A DNA stretch of 61,908 nucleotides, counting the filler, from Nitrospinota bacterium (GTDB taxonomy: Bacteria > JAUXIQ01): NCBI GenBank assembly GCA_030620925.1. It is 10 parts of 10 records of this genome, joined end to end, with 100 filler letters (N's around TTAATTAATTAA, not from the genome) between each part and the next. Parts side by side here need not be neighbours in the genome. Positions count along the whole stretch, not along the records: positions 1 to 5,503 come from JAUXIQ010000159.1; positions 5,604 to 8,493 come from JAUXIQ010000391.1; positions 8,594 to 15,463 come from JAUXIQ010000107.1; 7 more parts are not named here. The stretch is one strand, 5' to 3'. Of the stretch, positions 1 through 9,493 are shown one piece after another. A program made the translations under genes and the position numbers. How positions within the stretch are numbered: position 1 is the stretch's first letter; every line of letters begins with the position of its first letter. The notes beneath the pieces are model-generated. The model worked only from the letters and a program-made list of their open reading frames with translations, made no database searches and was not told the origin of the DNA.

Positions 1-7
1 GAACCGG

Positions 8-655
8 CTACCTCTTCATGGAGAAGATGAGCTTATAGGTGTCTATGTGGGCGTCCTGGAAGAGGGGCCTCACCTCTTCCGTGCGGCCGTAGTTTCTGGC
101 TTCTTCCCAGGCATCGGTCTCCATGATCTCCGGTGAATCCATATCGTATAGTGCCAGGTAGGGCGGCGCCCCTTCAACGGCTTTGAAACGGCGGGCGCAA
201 TGGACGCCCTCCACTCCCACCAGGGCCGGGACGTGCTCTTCGTCGTACCAGGCGTTGAACAGCTCATCGTGTTCGGGGGCTATTCCCAGGCGCACCGCCA
301 GCAGATACTCCGCGTCTTGCTGCGGAGGCGTGCCCGCCTCAAAGATTTCCTGATAAATGTTGCGGACGGTGTTCAAAAAGTGGGGCCTGAGCTTCAGTGT
401 TCCTTCGCTCTCCCGGCTGGAGATTTCCTTGTAGGCGTCGCTCTGAATTACAGAAGGCTCTTCCATCTCGTAGACCGCCAGGTACGTTGGGTGGCCGTCG
501 ACGCAAAGGTAGCGCCGGGCGGCGATGAATCCCTGCACTTCGTTGATCCGTTCGGGGATGTGCTCTTCGTTGTACCAGGTGTTGAACTCTTCGTCCATGG
601 CGGGGTTTATATCCGTCCAGACGCTTATCAGGCCGTTACCTCTTTCCTTTGACAT
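8..655 (-). CDS. Tandem EthD/DUF4286-like dimeric alpha/beta-barrel protein
   Basis: Two repeated domains with the 'FNxWYxEEH(I/V)P...V.G...ARR(Y/F)...YLA.Y' signature; AGGAGG RBS upstream. Confidence 0.75.
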   Translation of the reverse strand: MSKERGNGLISVWTDINPAMDEEFNTWYNEEHIPERINEVQGFIAARRYLCVDGHPTYLAVYEMEEPSVIQSDAYKEISSRESEGTLKLRPHFLNTVRNIYQEIFEAGTPPQQDAEYLLAVRLGIAPEHDELFNAWYDEEHVPALVGVEGVHCARRFKAVEGAPPYLALYDMDSPEIMETDAWEEARNYGRTEEVRPLFQDAHIDTYKLIFSMKR

Positions 656-737
656 TTTGCCACCTCCTGTTTTCGGTATGCAGGTTTTGCTTAACTTGAT
701 TAGGAAAAAATGATTGAACAGAAACTATTTCGTAAAA

Positions 738-1745
738 TCAAGAGGAGGCTGCCGCCGCGGCCTCCGTGAGTGCGTGTTTCACCAGGACGGGTACCATCAT
801 GCGCCGGTATTCGGGCGTTCCGGCGGTGTTGGCCTGGGGATGCACCGACGCCCGAGCGACCTGAGCCACTTCCTCGAGCGCGGCCTGTTCGGGCGCCTTT
901 CCGGCAAGCATCTCTCCCGCGCCTTCCACCTCTACCGGCGCAGAACCCACCGCATTGAGCACCACCTTGAAACCTTGGGGTGCGGAACCGAAAGCCCCGT
1001 CGCTCATGGTCACCCTCGCAGCCACGCCCATGATGGGGAAATCCACCTCCTCCCGCAGCCGCAGCTTTACATACGCCACCCCGCTACCGGCGGCGGGCGG
1101 GGGAACGCTTATCTCGGAAAGAAACTCATGAGGCTCCACTGCGTTGGGACGCAGGCCGTCACCCGTGAAAAGCTCACCCAGGGAGATGACCCTCTCGCCC
1201 CCCCCGCTCATCAATTTCACCTCAGCCCCCATAGCCATAAGGATGGGGGCCGTATCCCCGGAATAGACGGCGAAGCAGCGTTTGCTGCCTTCCACCACGT
1301 GGCAGACCTCTCCCCCCGTCTTGTGGCAGGGCGGCCGCGACTGGCGCCAGTAGTCCGACTGGTTGTAGTACCAGCACCTGGTGTCCAGGCAGAGGTTGCC
1401 ACCCAGGGTGGCAATATTACGGACCTGAACGGAGCCCACCTTGCGCGCCGCCGCCTCAAGGGCGGGGTATTTATCTTTTATGGGTGGAGATTGGGTCAGC
1501 GAAGCCAGGGTAACCGCGGCGCCCATGCGAAGGCCGGTTTTCTCGTCGTAATCCACCGCGTCCAACCCGGTGACGGATGAGAGACTGATGAGGTGTTCTG
1601 GGGTGCTAAGCCTCTGCTTCATGGAGATCAGCAGGTCCGTACCGCCGGCTATGAGTCGAGCGGCGTCCCCGTATTCAGACAGCAGAGAGGCCGTTTCGCC
1701 CGCCGAAGCGGGAGCATGGTATTCAAACCTCGGCATTCTGCGCAT
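738..1745 (-). CDS. hcrB: FAD-binding subunit of an XDH-family molybdoenzyme, 4-hydroxybenzoyl-CoA reductase beta-like, with [4Fe-4S] insertion
   Basis: AGGTDL and ATLGGNL motifs plus the Cys-rich insertion CLDTRCWYYNQSDYWR...C.K.GG.VCHVV...RC typical of HcrB. Confidence 0.75.
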   Translation of the reverse strand: MRRMPRFEYHAPASAGETASLLSEYGDAARLIAGGTDLLISMKQRLSTPEHLISLSSVTGLDAVDYDEKTGLRMGAAVTLASLTQSPPIKDKYPALEAAARKVGSVQVRNIATLGGNLCLDTRCWYYNQSDYWRQSRPPCHKTGGEVCHVVEGSKRCFAVYSGDTAPILMAMGAEVKLMSGGGERVISLGELFTGDGLRPNAVEPHEFLSEISVPPPAAGSGVAYVKLRLREEVDFPIMGVAARVTMSDGAFGSAPQGFKVVLNAVGSAPVEVEGAGEMLAGKAPEQAALEEVAQVARASVHPQANTAGTPEYRRMMVPVLVKHALTEAAAAASS

Positions 1746-1977
1746 CAGCTCCCCCTTTCATCTTCCAGTAGAACCTGGACTCAACAATAATATTATTTAC
1801 CCTGAGATGTTCAAGTGTGCCTGAACATCTGTAAATACTCATTTTCACCCTCTCCCGGCCTCCCTATGCCTGCCCCGCGGTGGACGGGATAAAGGGGAGG
1901 AGATCAAAAAACTTCTAACTCCTGGAAGAACTTTACAAGGTATTATAACCAGTAAAAGTAAAGCATGAAACTTACTA

Positions 1978-4269
1978 TTATTCTTCGTTTTCCTTTTCGA
2001 GAGCTTTTAGTATCTTTTCAGGGGTTACGGGAAGGGTTTTAACCATCACCCCCAGGGCGTCGTAAACGGCGTTGGTTATCGCGGGCACGGTAGAGACCTG
2101 GACACCCTCACCCGATTCCTTGGCCCCAAAGGGCCCCACCGGGTCGATGGTCTCCACCGCCTCCGACTCGATGTCGGGCATATCCACGGCGGAGGGTAGC
2201 TTGTATTCCATGAACGAAGGATTGCTGGCCTGGCCGGTGTCCTTCCCCTTGATCTTGTCTTCCAGAAGCGCTTGTCCCAGGCCTCCGCAGACGGAGCCTT
2301 CAAGCTGCCCTTCCACATGCATGGGATTGATGGCCCGGCCACAGTCGTGCAGCACCTTCATGCGCGTGACCGTGATCTTGCCCGTATCCGTATCCACCTC
2401 GACTTCCGCCGCCTGCGCCCCGAAGCTGTAAGTGGCTGACATGTTGCCCTCGCCTGTCTCGTAGTTTGGCACCTCGAGTTCCGGAGCGAAATAGCCCCTG
2501 CCCATGATGGTCCTGCCCGTCCCTGAGTAGCATGCCGACTTCACCAGCTTGGTAAAAGGCATATTCTTTTCCGGGTCGTCCCTGACGAAGACCTGCTCAT
2601 TGCGGAAAACGAGCTCCTCCGGATGCGCACCCAACAGCTCGGCTCCCACTTCGGCCAACTGTTTCCGGGCGTCGTCGGCGGCTATCCACACGGCGTTACC
2701 GGATACGAAGGTTACTCTGCTGCCGAAGGTGCCGGGGTCGAGGGGGGTAACCTCGGAGTCGGGCATCACCAGCCGGACCTTATCCAGCCCCAGGCCGAGC
2801 ACCTCGGCGGCTATCTGTGAGAGACAACTGTCCGAGCCCTGCCCGGAGTCCGTGGCGCCGGTGAGGACGGATATGGCGCCGTCCTCATGGACTTTCACCA
2901 TCGCCCCCGCCGTGTTGTGTCCCGCCACCCGCGGCCCCGAGACGAACCCGTAAGCCCCGAATCCGATGCCGCGCTTTTTGTTGGGCGGCAGTTCTCCCCA
3001 CTCTTCGCGCCATTTCTTTATCTCGCCCGCTTTCTGGAGGCACTCGGTGAGGCCGCAACTGGTAATCCTGAACCCGTTGACCGTGTTATCCCCCGGCTGC
3101 AGGGCGTTCTTGAGCCGTATATCCAGTGGGTCTATGTCCAGCTCCCGGGCGATCATATCCAATTGCGACTCCGCCGCATAGCGCACCTGGGGGACGCCGT
3201 GCCCCCGCTGGGCACAGCAGACCTGGTTATTGGTATAGACCCGATAGCCGTCGTATTCTAGGTTGGGCACCCGGTAGGGCAGCGCCAGGACGGAGCCCAT
3301 GAGGTACCTTGTCATGCGGCCGATGCTGATATAAGCCCCTCCGTTGGCGACGATGCGGCACTTGATGGCCATGATGGTGCCGTCCTTACCGACGCCTGTC
3401 TTTATGTCCATAATGGTTGGATTGCGCTGCCGCCCGGCGGAGAGCACCTCTTCCTGGCCGTAGACGATCTTCACCGGTTTGCCCGTTTTCATGGAAAGGA
3501 GAGCGGCGGTGAAATCCAGCGAGAACATCTCGTTCTTACCCCCGAAGCCGCCGCCTATGAAAGGCTGCACGATGCGGACTTTGCTCAGCTCCAGGCCCAG
3601 GGCGCGGGGCATGTTGCGGTAGGTAAAATAGGGGCTCTGTTTGGAGCCCCAGAAGGTGATCTTGCCCGTGGAGTCGTAGGTCGCCAGCGCTGCGTGAGGC
3701 TCCAGGAAAGCATGGCAGACGGGCTGCGTCTCGAACCGGTCTTCGCGAACGCAGTCCGATCGCCTGAAACCGGCCTCCACGTCCCCGAAACGCATGGTGG
3801 ACTTGCAGGCGATATTGTTCGCCGCATGCTCATGAAGCAGGGGAGCGCCTTCTTCCATGGCCTCCAGTGGATCGAAAACCGCCGGCAGTAACTCGTATTC
3901 CACGTCGATCAGTTGCAGCGCCTCTTCAGCCGTATCCTCGTCTACCGCGGCCACCGCGGCAACCTCGTCGCCCACGAAGCGGACCTTTTCCGTTGCCAGG
4001 AAGGGTTCGTCTCCCTTGCCCAAAATGAGGTCCCCGTAGCGGTAGCCCAAAGTATCTTTGGCGGTGACCACCGCCTTCACCCCTTGCAGCCTCTCCGCCC
4101 TGCCGGTGTCGATGTTGAGAATCCTGGCATGAGGGTGCGGGCTCCTGAGCATCTTGCCATGAAGCATGCCCGGCAGTTCCATATCGGCGGCATACATCGC
4201 TTCCCCCGTGGCTTTCACCACGGCGTCCACGCGGGGCAGGCGTTTTCCCACTACGGTAAATTCTTCCAT
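1978..4269 (-). CDS. hcrA: Molybdopterin-binding large subunit, XDH family (HcrA-like)
   Basis: LRSPHPHARI, GGGFGGK, AQRGHG, GQG, GTFGSR and GAKESGE motifs; 763 aa; lies between hcrC-like and hcrB-like genes. Confidence 0.65.
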   Translation of the reverse strand: MEEFTVVGKRLPRVDAVVKATGEAMYAADMELPGMLHGKMLRSPHPHARILNIDTGRAERLQGVKAVVTAKDTLGYRYGDLILGKGDEPFLATEKVRFVGDEVAAVAAVDEDTAEEALQLIDVEYELLPAVFDPLEAMEEGAPLLHEHAANNIACKSTMRFGDVEAGFRRSDCVREDRFETQPVCHAFLEPHAALATYDSTGKITFWGSKQSPYFTYRNMPRALGLELSKVRIVQPFIGGGFGGKNEMFSLDFTAALLSMKTGKPVKIVYGQEEVLSAGRQRNPTIMDIKTGVGKDGTIMAIKCRIVANGGAYISIGRMTRYLMGSVLALPYRVPNLEYDGYRVYTNNQVCCAQRGHGVPQVRYAAESQLDMIARELDIDPLDIRLKNALQPGDNTVNGFRITSCGLTECLQKAGEIKKWREEWGELPPNKKRGIGFGAYGFVSGPRVAGHNTAGAMVKVHEDGAISVLTGATDSGQGSDSCLSQIAAEVLGLGLDKVRLVMPDSEVTPLDPGTFGSRVTFVSGNAVWIAADDARKQLAEVGAELLGAHPEELVFRNEQVFVRDDPEKNMPFTKLVKSACYSGTGRTIMGRGYFAPELEVPNYETGEGNMSATYSFGAQAAEVEVDTDTGKITVTRMKVLHDCGRAINPMHVEGQLEGSVCGGLGQALLEDKIKGKDTGQASNPSFMEYKLPSAVDMPDIESEAVETIDPVGPFGAKESGEGVQVSTVPAITNAVYDALGVMVKTLPVTPEKILKALEKENEE

Positions 4270-4281
4270 CGCTCCCCCTCC

Positions 4282-4746
4282 TCAGGCGGACTGCGCCGCC
4301 TGGATGGCCTCTATGATTTTAGCGTAGCCGGTGCACCTGCACAGGTTGCCCGATATGCCTACCCTGATTTCTTCTTTGGTGGGATTGGGATTGGAATCCA
4401 GCAGCGCCTTGGCGGTGAGAATCACCCCCGGCGTGCAGAACCCGCATTGAATGGCCCCGTGGTTGACGAACGCCTCTTGCAGGGGGTGCAGTCGGTCTTT
4501 GCTCTCGGCGAGGCCCTCTATAGTAACAATCTCCGCATCCTGGCACCTTACGGCAAGCAGCAGGCAGGAGAGCACGGCACGTCCGTCGAGTAGCACCGTG
4601 CAGGCGCCGCAGTCACCCGTGTCGCATCCTTTTTTGGTCCCCGTCAGCTTCAGTTCTTCCCGGATCACTTCCTGCAAGGTGCGCCAGGGAAATACGGCCA
4701 ACTCGTGAGTTTCACCGTTGACGTTCAAACTGATCAACTGCTTCAT
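4282..4746 (-). CDS. hcrC: 2[2Fe-2S] small subunit of an XDH-family enzyme (HcrC/CoxS-like)
   Basis: GCDTGDCGACTV, QCGFCTPG and GNLCRCTGY motifs; probable start ATG 4746 (MKQLISL). Confidence 0.7.
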   Translation of the reverse strand: MKQLISLNVNGETHELAVFPWRTLQEVIREELKLTGTKKGCDTGDCGACTVLLDGRAVLSCLLLAVRCQDAEIVTIEGLAESKDRLHPLQEAFVNHGAIQCGFCTPGVILTAKALLDSNPNPTKEEIRVGISGNLCRCTGYAKIIEAIQAAQSA

Positions 4747-4909
4747 CGCCCACCACCCCCTTTCTACGCCGTCGGTCAACCATGATGCTCGTCGGTTGTT
4801 AAGTTACTGTTAGACCCGCGAGCCCCGGCCCGCGCTCCACGCATTATACAATACAAAATCCGGTTATGTCCGCTAAAATGACGCCGCCTTTCTAATTTCC
4901 ATTTAACGG

Positions 4910-5503
4910 TCATAACTGCCCGGGGCCTGCGCCCAGTACGTTTTCCGATACTTCCTTCTCATACTGCCTGAAGTTCTCGTGAAACCGCCCTACAAGCTGC
5001 GCTGCTGTCGCATCGTACGCCGCTCCATCCTTCCATGTTCGGCGCGGACTGAGAAGCTCGGAGGGGACCCCTTCAATTGCTGCCGGCACCCGCAGGCCGA
5101 ACACAGGGTCTTCTTCCATGGGAACGTCGGCGAGCCGCCCTTCGAGCGCCGCCCGCACCATGGCCCTGGTGTGGGCTATAGCGATACGTTTCCCCACCCC
5201 GTAAGGGCCGCCTGTCCAGCCGGTGTTCACCAGCCAGCAGGTCACGTCGTGCCGCTCAATCTTCTCTCTCAGCAGGTCCGCATAGACGGTGGGCGAGAGG
5301 GCCATGAAGGGTGCACCGAAACAGGCACTGAACGTGGCTTGAGGCTCCGGGCCCATCCCTTTCTCTGTCCCCGCCACTTTGGCCGTGTAGCCGGAAAGGA
5401 AATGGTAAATGGCCTGCGGCGGGGTGAGCATCCCCAGGGGAGGTATGACCCCGAAGGCGTCCGCCGTGAGCATGATGATGTTCCGGGGATGTCCGCCCAT
5501 CCC
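4910..5503 (-). CDS. pckA: Phosphoenolpyruvate carboxykinase (ATP), C-terminal part (5' end cut by contig edge)
   Basis: [34 protein letters not shown] and LVNTGWTGG motifs. Confidence 0.95.
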   Translation of the reverse strand, partial: GMGGHPRNIIMLTADAFGVIPPLGMLTPPQAIYHFLSGYTAKVAGTEKGMGPEPQATFSACFGAPFMALSPTVYADLLREKIERHDVTCWLVNTGWTGGPYGVGKRIAIAHTRAMVRAALEGRLADVPMEEDPVFGLRVPAAIEGVPSELLSPRRTWKDGAAYDATAAQLVGRFHENFRQYEKEVSENVLGAGPGQL

Positions 5504-5603
5504 NNNNNNNNNNNNNNNNNNNNNNNNNNNNNNNNNNNNNNNNNNNNTTAATTAATTAANNNNNNNNNNNNNNNNNNNNNNNNNNNNNNNNNNNNNNNNN
5601 NNN
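5504..5603. other. Artificial contig spacer (N44-TTAATTAATTAA-N44); same spacer at 8494-8593, 15464-15563, 20585-20684, 25833-25932, 42388-42487, 48546-48645, 52835-52934 and 58025-58124
   Basis: Identical 100-nt N blocks with a six-frame stop linker; genes are truncated at these points. Confidence 0.99.
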
Positions 5604-5960
5604 CCGATAAACCTTTTACAATCAATAGCTTAGGTCAGCCAGACCCCTCGAAAACGAGGTTGCTTGAAGCTTTAAAATACTCACTACCGAAAAACAAAGA
5701 CACGAGAAATGCTCACCACGAAGGCACAAAGAACAGAAATTATATTTGTAAGCCTTGGTGCCTTAGTGGTTAATTTTTTCACGTACTATGGTTAAATACC
5801 CTTCTATAGAATAGATGCAAAAATCCAAGGTATGTGCGGGATATCGGTTTGTTATTAATGAGTTAGGAGGGATAAAAAGTATTCTGTGGAAGGGGCAAAA
5901 CCAAGGTCGCGTTTTATAGGGGAATCGCGTAAATAGGCCGTAAATCCGCTCAGGCAGCAG
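5604..5960. repeat. Copy 1 of a conserved non-coding module (IHF-like sites, AAATCCAAGGT direct repeats)
   Basis: Shares TGCCTTAGTGGTTAATTTTTTC, TCTATAGAATAGATGC and CCAAGGTCGC blocks, at identical spacing, with 40150-40580. Confidence 0.8.
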
Positions 5961-6142
5961 CTTTTCGTCCGTCGGCTCAATTTTCCCGAAAAAGAGAGCG
6001 ATTGTGTACCTGTAGATATCAGTTACGCACAGGCGAAAACGCTCCACTGACTCCGCGCCCCGCGGGATAAAGCCAGGGTGGAAGCGGATGTTATAGTAAA
6101 GGTGAGAGGCCGTTCGCCTCTGCTCCGCGACTATCCGCATCC

Positions 6143-6295
6143 TGTCATTCTGAGCGAAGCGAAGAATCTCGCCTGCCCTGGCAAACCCGCTTTTTTATGC
6201 GCTTTTCAAATACCCCCTCCCCTTTTTCCCCTACAGTGGAACACCCCGCGGAAGGCGGGGCCAGGGGAGGGGAGATTTGTTGCTGGCAGAATCGC
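6143..6295 (+). repeat. Composite REP-like repeat (TGTCATTCTGAGCGAAGCGAAGAATCT family plus CCCTCCC/GGGAGGG palindrome)
   Basis: Homologous to 37685-37805 and 49241-49390. Confidence 0.85.
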
Positions 6296-6341
6296 TCCTT
6301 GAGATTAAATGCCATTCCTCCGTTGGGGTTGGAGAACCGGA

Positions 6342-8493
6342 TCATACCGGAGGTATATCATCAGTGATCGCCTTGAGATTCAAATGGAGGAATTCCGTAT
6401 CGCTCCTCAGCTTACGATTGGCCTCGTTGTCGGGAAGCTTGTTCAGGATTTTCAGCGCTTCCTCGCAGAAGGACATGGCTTCTTCGTTGGCGAACCTGTT
6501 CGCCGCCTTTTTGGCCGCCAGCAACAAGTATTCTACCGCCTTCTCCTGGTCGTCGCTCTGCCGGTAGTGGTGGGCCAGCTCCTCGTAATGCTCATCGAGT
6601 CGGTCTTTATACAAATCCTCCATGGCATTTCCGATCCTCTCGTGGAGTTGTCTGCGGGTCTTGATGAGCAGGCTGTGGTAGGCCACGTCCTGTATCAGAC
6701 CATGTTTGAACATATACTCCAGCTCTGGGAAGAGACTCTTCTCATATATGAATTCGAGGTTTTGCAGCTTGGCCAGATAGCTCTGAAGCTCCACTCCCAT
6801 ACCCGATATCCTGGTCAACAGCTTGAGCAGGAAATCTCTGCCTATCACCGAGGCTATCTGCACGGTCTGCTTCATATCCTGTTCGAGCCTGTCGATGCGG
6901 GCCATGATGACATCCTGGATGGTATCGGGCACGGCCATCTCGGCAGGTGTTTCCCTGAGAACATAGCCTGCTTCCGACCTGACCAGGGCCCCGCTGTCGA
7001 TTAACCAGCGAACGATCTCCTCCATGTAGAGGGGATTCCCCTCGGCCCTGCCCAGCACCAGGCTCCTCAGGTCGGCGGTTACCTCCTCTATATCCAGCAA
7101 AAAGCGCGTCAGGTCGGCGCTCTCTTCTTCTGAGAGTGGATTTAACGCTATATGTGAATAATACGATTTACCGCTCCAATTGTGGACATACCCCGGGCGA
7201 TAAGTACCCAGAAGCAGAATCCGGCTGTTGACTATCCCTTCCACCATGTAGACCAGAAATTCCTGGGAAGCCTTATCTATCCAGTGAAGATTTTCGAGGG
7301 TTATGACCAGAGGCCGGGCCTGACTCTCCCTGAGGAAAATCGCCTTCATGGCCTCGAAGGTGAGCTTCCTCCTTTCCTCCGCTCCTAACTCCTTGAGAGG
7401 GGAATCGTCCAACGGTACCGACAGCAGATCGCACAGAAAAGGGACGGTCTCCGTGAGCGCCGCGTCTAATTCCGCCATTCTGGCGCTTATCTTCTTCCGG
7501 GCCGCAAAAGCCTTGTCTCCTTCACGGATATCGAAATATTGCTTCGCTATTTCGATGAAAGGCAGGTAGGGCACCGATTGTCCGAAGGAGACGCATCGTC
7601 CTTCCAGATAAGTTGAATCCCGGTTCTCGATGGATTTCTTGAATTCAAGAATCAGGCGCGACTTGCCCACCCCTGCCTCGCCGACTACGCCCACCATCTG
7701 TCCTTGTCCCGCCCCGGCCCTGGCAAAGCATTCCGACAGGTTTTCAAGCTCCTTTCTCCTGCCGACCAATTCGACGAGCCCTCTGGCAACAGAGGCGCCG
7801 ATACGGTCATCCACCTCACCGGCCCTTAATAGCTCGTATGCTTCCAGCGGCTCTTCTTTCCCTTTGACCTCAACCGCCCCCTTGTCCTCGAATTCAAAGA
7901 AATCCCTGACTATCTTATGGGTGTTCCGGGATAATAGGACGGTTCCCGGCCCGGCCATGCTTTCTATTCTCGCTGCGGTATTTGTGGTGTCCCCGACTGC
8001 TGTATAGTCCATCCGCAGGTCGTCGCCGATGGAGCCGACGATCACCGGCCCCGAGTTAAGCCCGATTCGCATCCTGAACTCCATCCCGTAGTCCTGTTTT
8101 ATCTTCTCACCATATTCCACTACGGCCTTCTGAATCGATAATGCCGCATAACAGGCCTTTTTAGCGTGATCCTCACGGGCCAGCGGCGCGCCGAATAGGG
8201 CCATAACCCCGTCGCCGGTGAACTGGTTGATGGTCCCTTCGTACTTGTGGATTTCGTCCATGAGGATTTTGAAGCATCCATCCATTATCTGATGGGCCTC
8301 TTCGGGGTCCAGCTTCTCTGAAAGGGAAGTGAAATCGGCGACGTCGGCGAAGAGCACCGTAACCAGTTTCCGTTCCCCTTCGAGGGAGCTTCGGGTGGTG
8401 AGAATCTTTTCGGCCAGGAATTTCGGGGTGTAGGATTCGGGGTGGTCGTAATCGATGGGGGGAGATTTTTCGGGTTTGCCCATCTCGTGGCCG
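6342..8493 (-). CDS. Class III adenylate/guanylate cyclase fused to a STAND/AAA ATPase with a short TPR tail (5' end cut by contig edge)
   Basis: VTVLFAD..DFT, FTGDGVMALFGAP, RIGLNSG and GDTTN.AAR cyclase motifs; Walker A GEAGVGKS; GNPLY and YMFKH motifs. Confidence 0.9.
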
Positions 8494-8593
8494 NNNNNNN
8501 NNNNNNNNNNNNNNNNNNNNNNNNNNNNNNNNNNNNNTTAATTAATTAANNNNNNNNNNNNNNNNNNNNNNNNNNNNNNNNNNNNNNNNNNNN

Positions 8594-9426
8594 GCTTCCT
8601 CCAGCTCCCGTAAGACGTGATACCGGCCGGCGTCTTTTACCACTGCGGAAAAATGGCCCAGCGGCCCCGGCCCCTCGCCGATTTTAAGGGAGCTGCGAAG
8701 CCCCTGCGTCACGTAATCCTTGGCCTAACGCACCGCTTCCGACAGGCTCTTCCCCCGGGCCAGTCCGACGGCGATAGCCGAGGAGTAGGTGCATCCGGTG
8801 CCGTGCGTGTTCTCCGTCTTCACGCGAGGCCCCTTCATGTCCTCGAAACGTCCATCGCTGTAGAGCACGTCCACCGCCTGCCTCCTCCGCAGGTCTCCAC
8901 CGGTGACCACCACACTCTTTGGGCCCAACGCAGCGATCTTCTTTGCGGCCTTCTTCATGTCGTCCACGCTCTTTATCTTCAACCCGCTCAATACCTCGGC
9001 CTCGGCGGGGTTGGGCGTCACCACCCGTGCCAGGGGAAGGAGCTCTTTTATAAGGGCATTGACGTCCTGCTTCTTGAGGAGAGACGCGCCGGTGGCGGAG
9101 ACCATCACGGGGTCCACCACCAGTTCCGCAAGGCCGTGCTCCTTCACCTTTTTGGCCACGGCGGCGATTATGCCCCGGTTGTAGAGCATGCCCGTCTTGG
9201 CGGCGTGGGCTCCGATGTCGTTCATGACCGAATCTATCTGCTGCTCGACGAAAGCGGGGTCCACCTCGAAAACGCCCTGCACGCCCACGGTATTCTGCGC
9301 GGTGAGGGCGGTTATCACGCTGGAGCCGTACACCCCCAGGGCGGCGAACGTCTTGAGGTCCGCCTGAATGCCCGCCCCGCCTCCCGAATCGGACCCGGCA
9401 ATCGTCAGCACCTTCTTCATTTCCAT
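8594..9426 (-). CDS. thiD: Hydroxymethylpyrimidine/phosphomethylpyrimidine kinase, probably a ThiD-ThiN fusion; in-frame TAG at 8725-8727; 3' end cut by contig edge
   Basis: LTIAGSDSGGGAGIQADLKT and THGTGCT motifs; after the TAG the frame continues AKDYVTQGLRSSLKIGEGPGPLGHF...RYHVLRELEE to the contig end. Confidence 0.9.
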
Positions 9427-9493
9427 TTTGATACCTTCTCAATATAAAAATTATACCGGAAAATAATGCCTGAAAACCCCTGTTATTTTACCG

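Noticed and set aside
714-1580. Long antisense ORFs (e.g. 714-1580, 8617-9447, 47518-48372, 56075-57445)
   Set aside because: Shadows of GC-rich genes on the opposite strand, with no motifs or RBS.
5504-5603. Recurring TTAATTAATTAA motif within N runs (nine times)
   Set aside because: Artificial six-frame-stop contig linker; gene adjacency across these spacers has no biological meaning.
5640-5700. Sigma54 promoter or CRISPR leader/repeat suggested by an IHF site followed by TTGC
   Set aside because: No -24 GG at the required spacing in either copy and no repeat-spacer array follows; kept only as part of the unexplained module.
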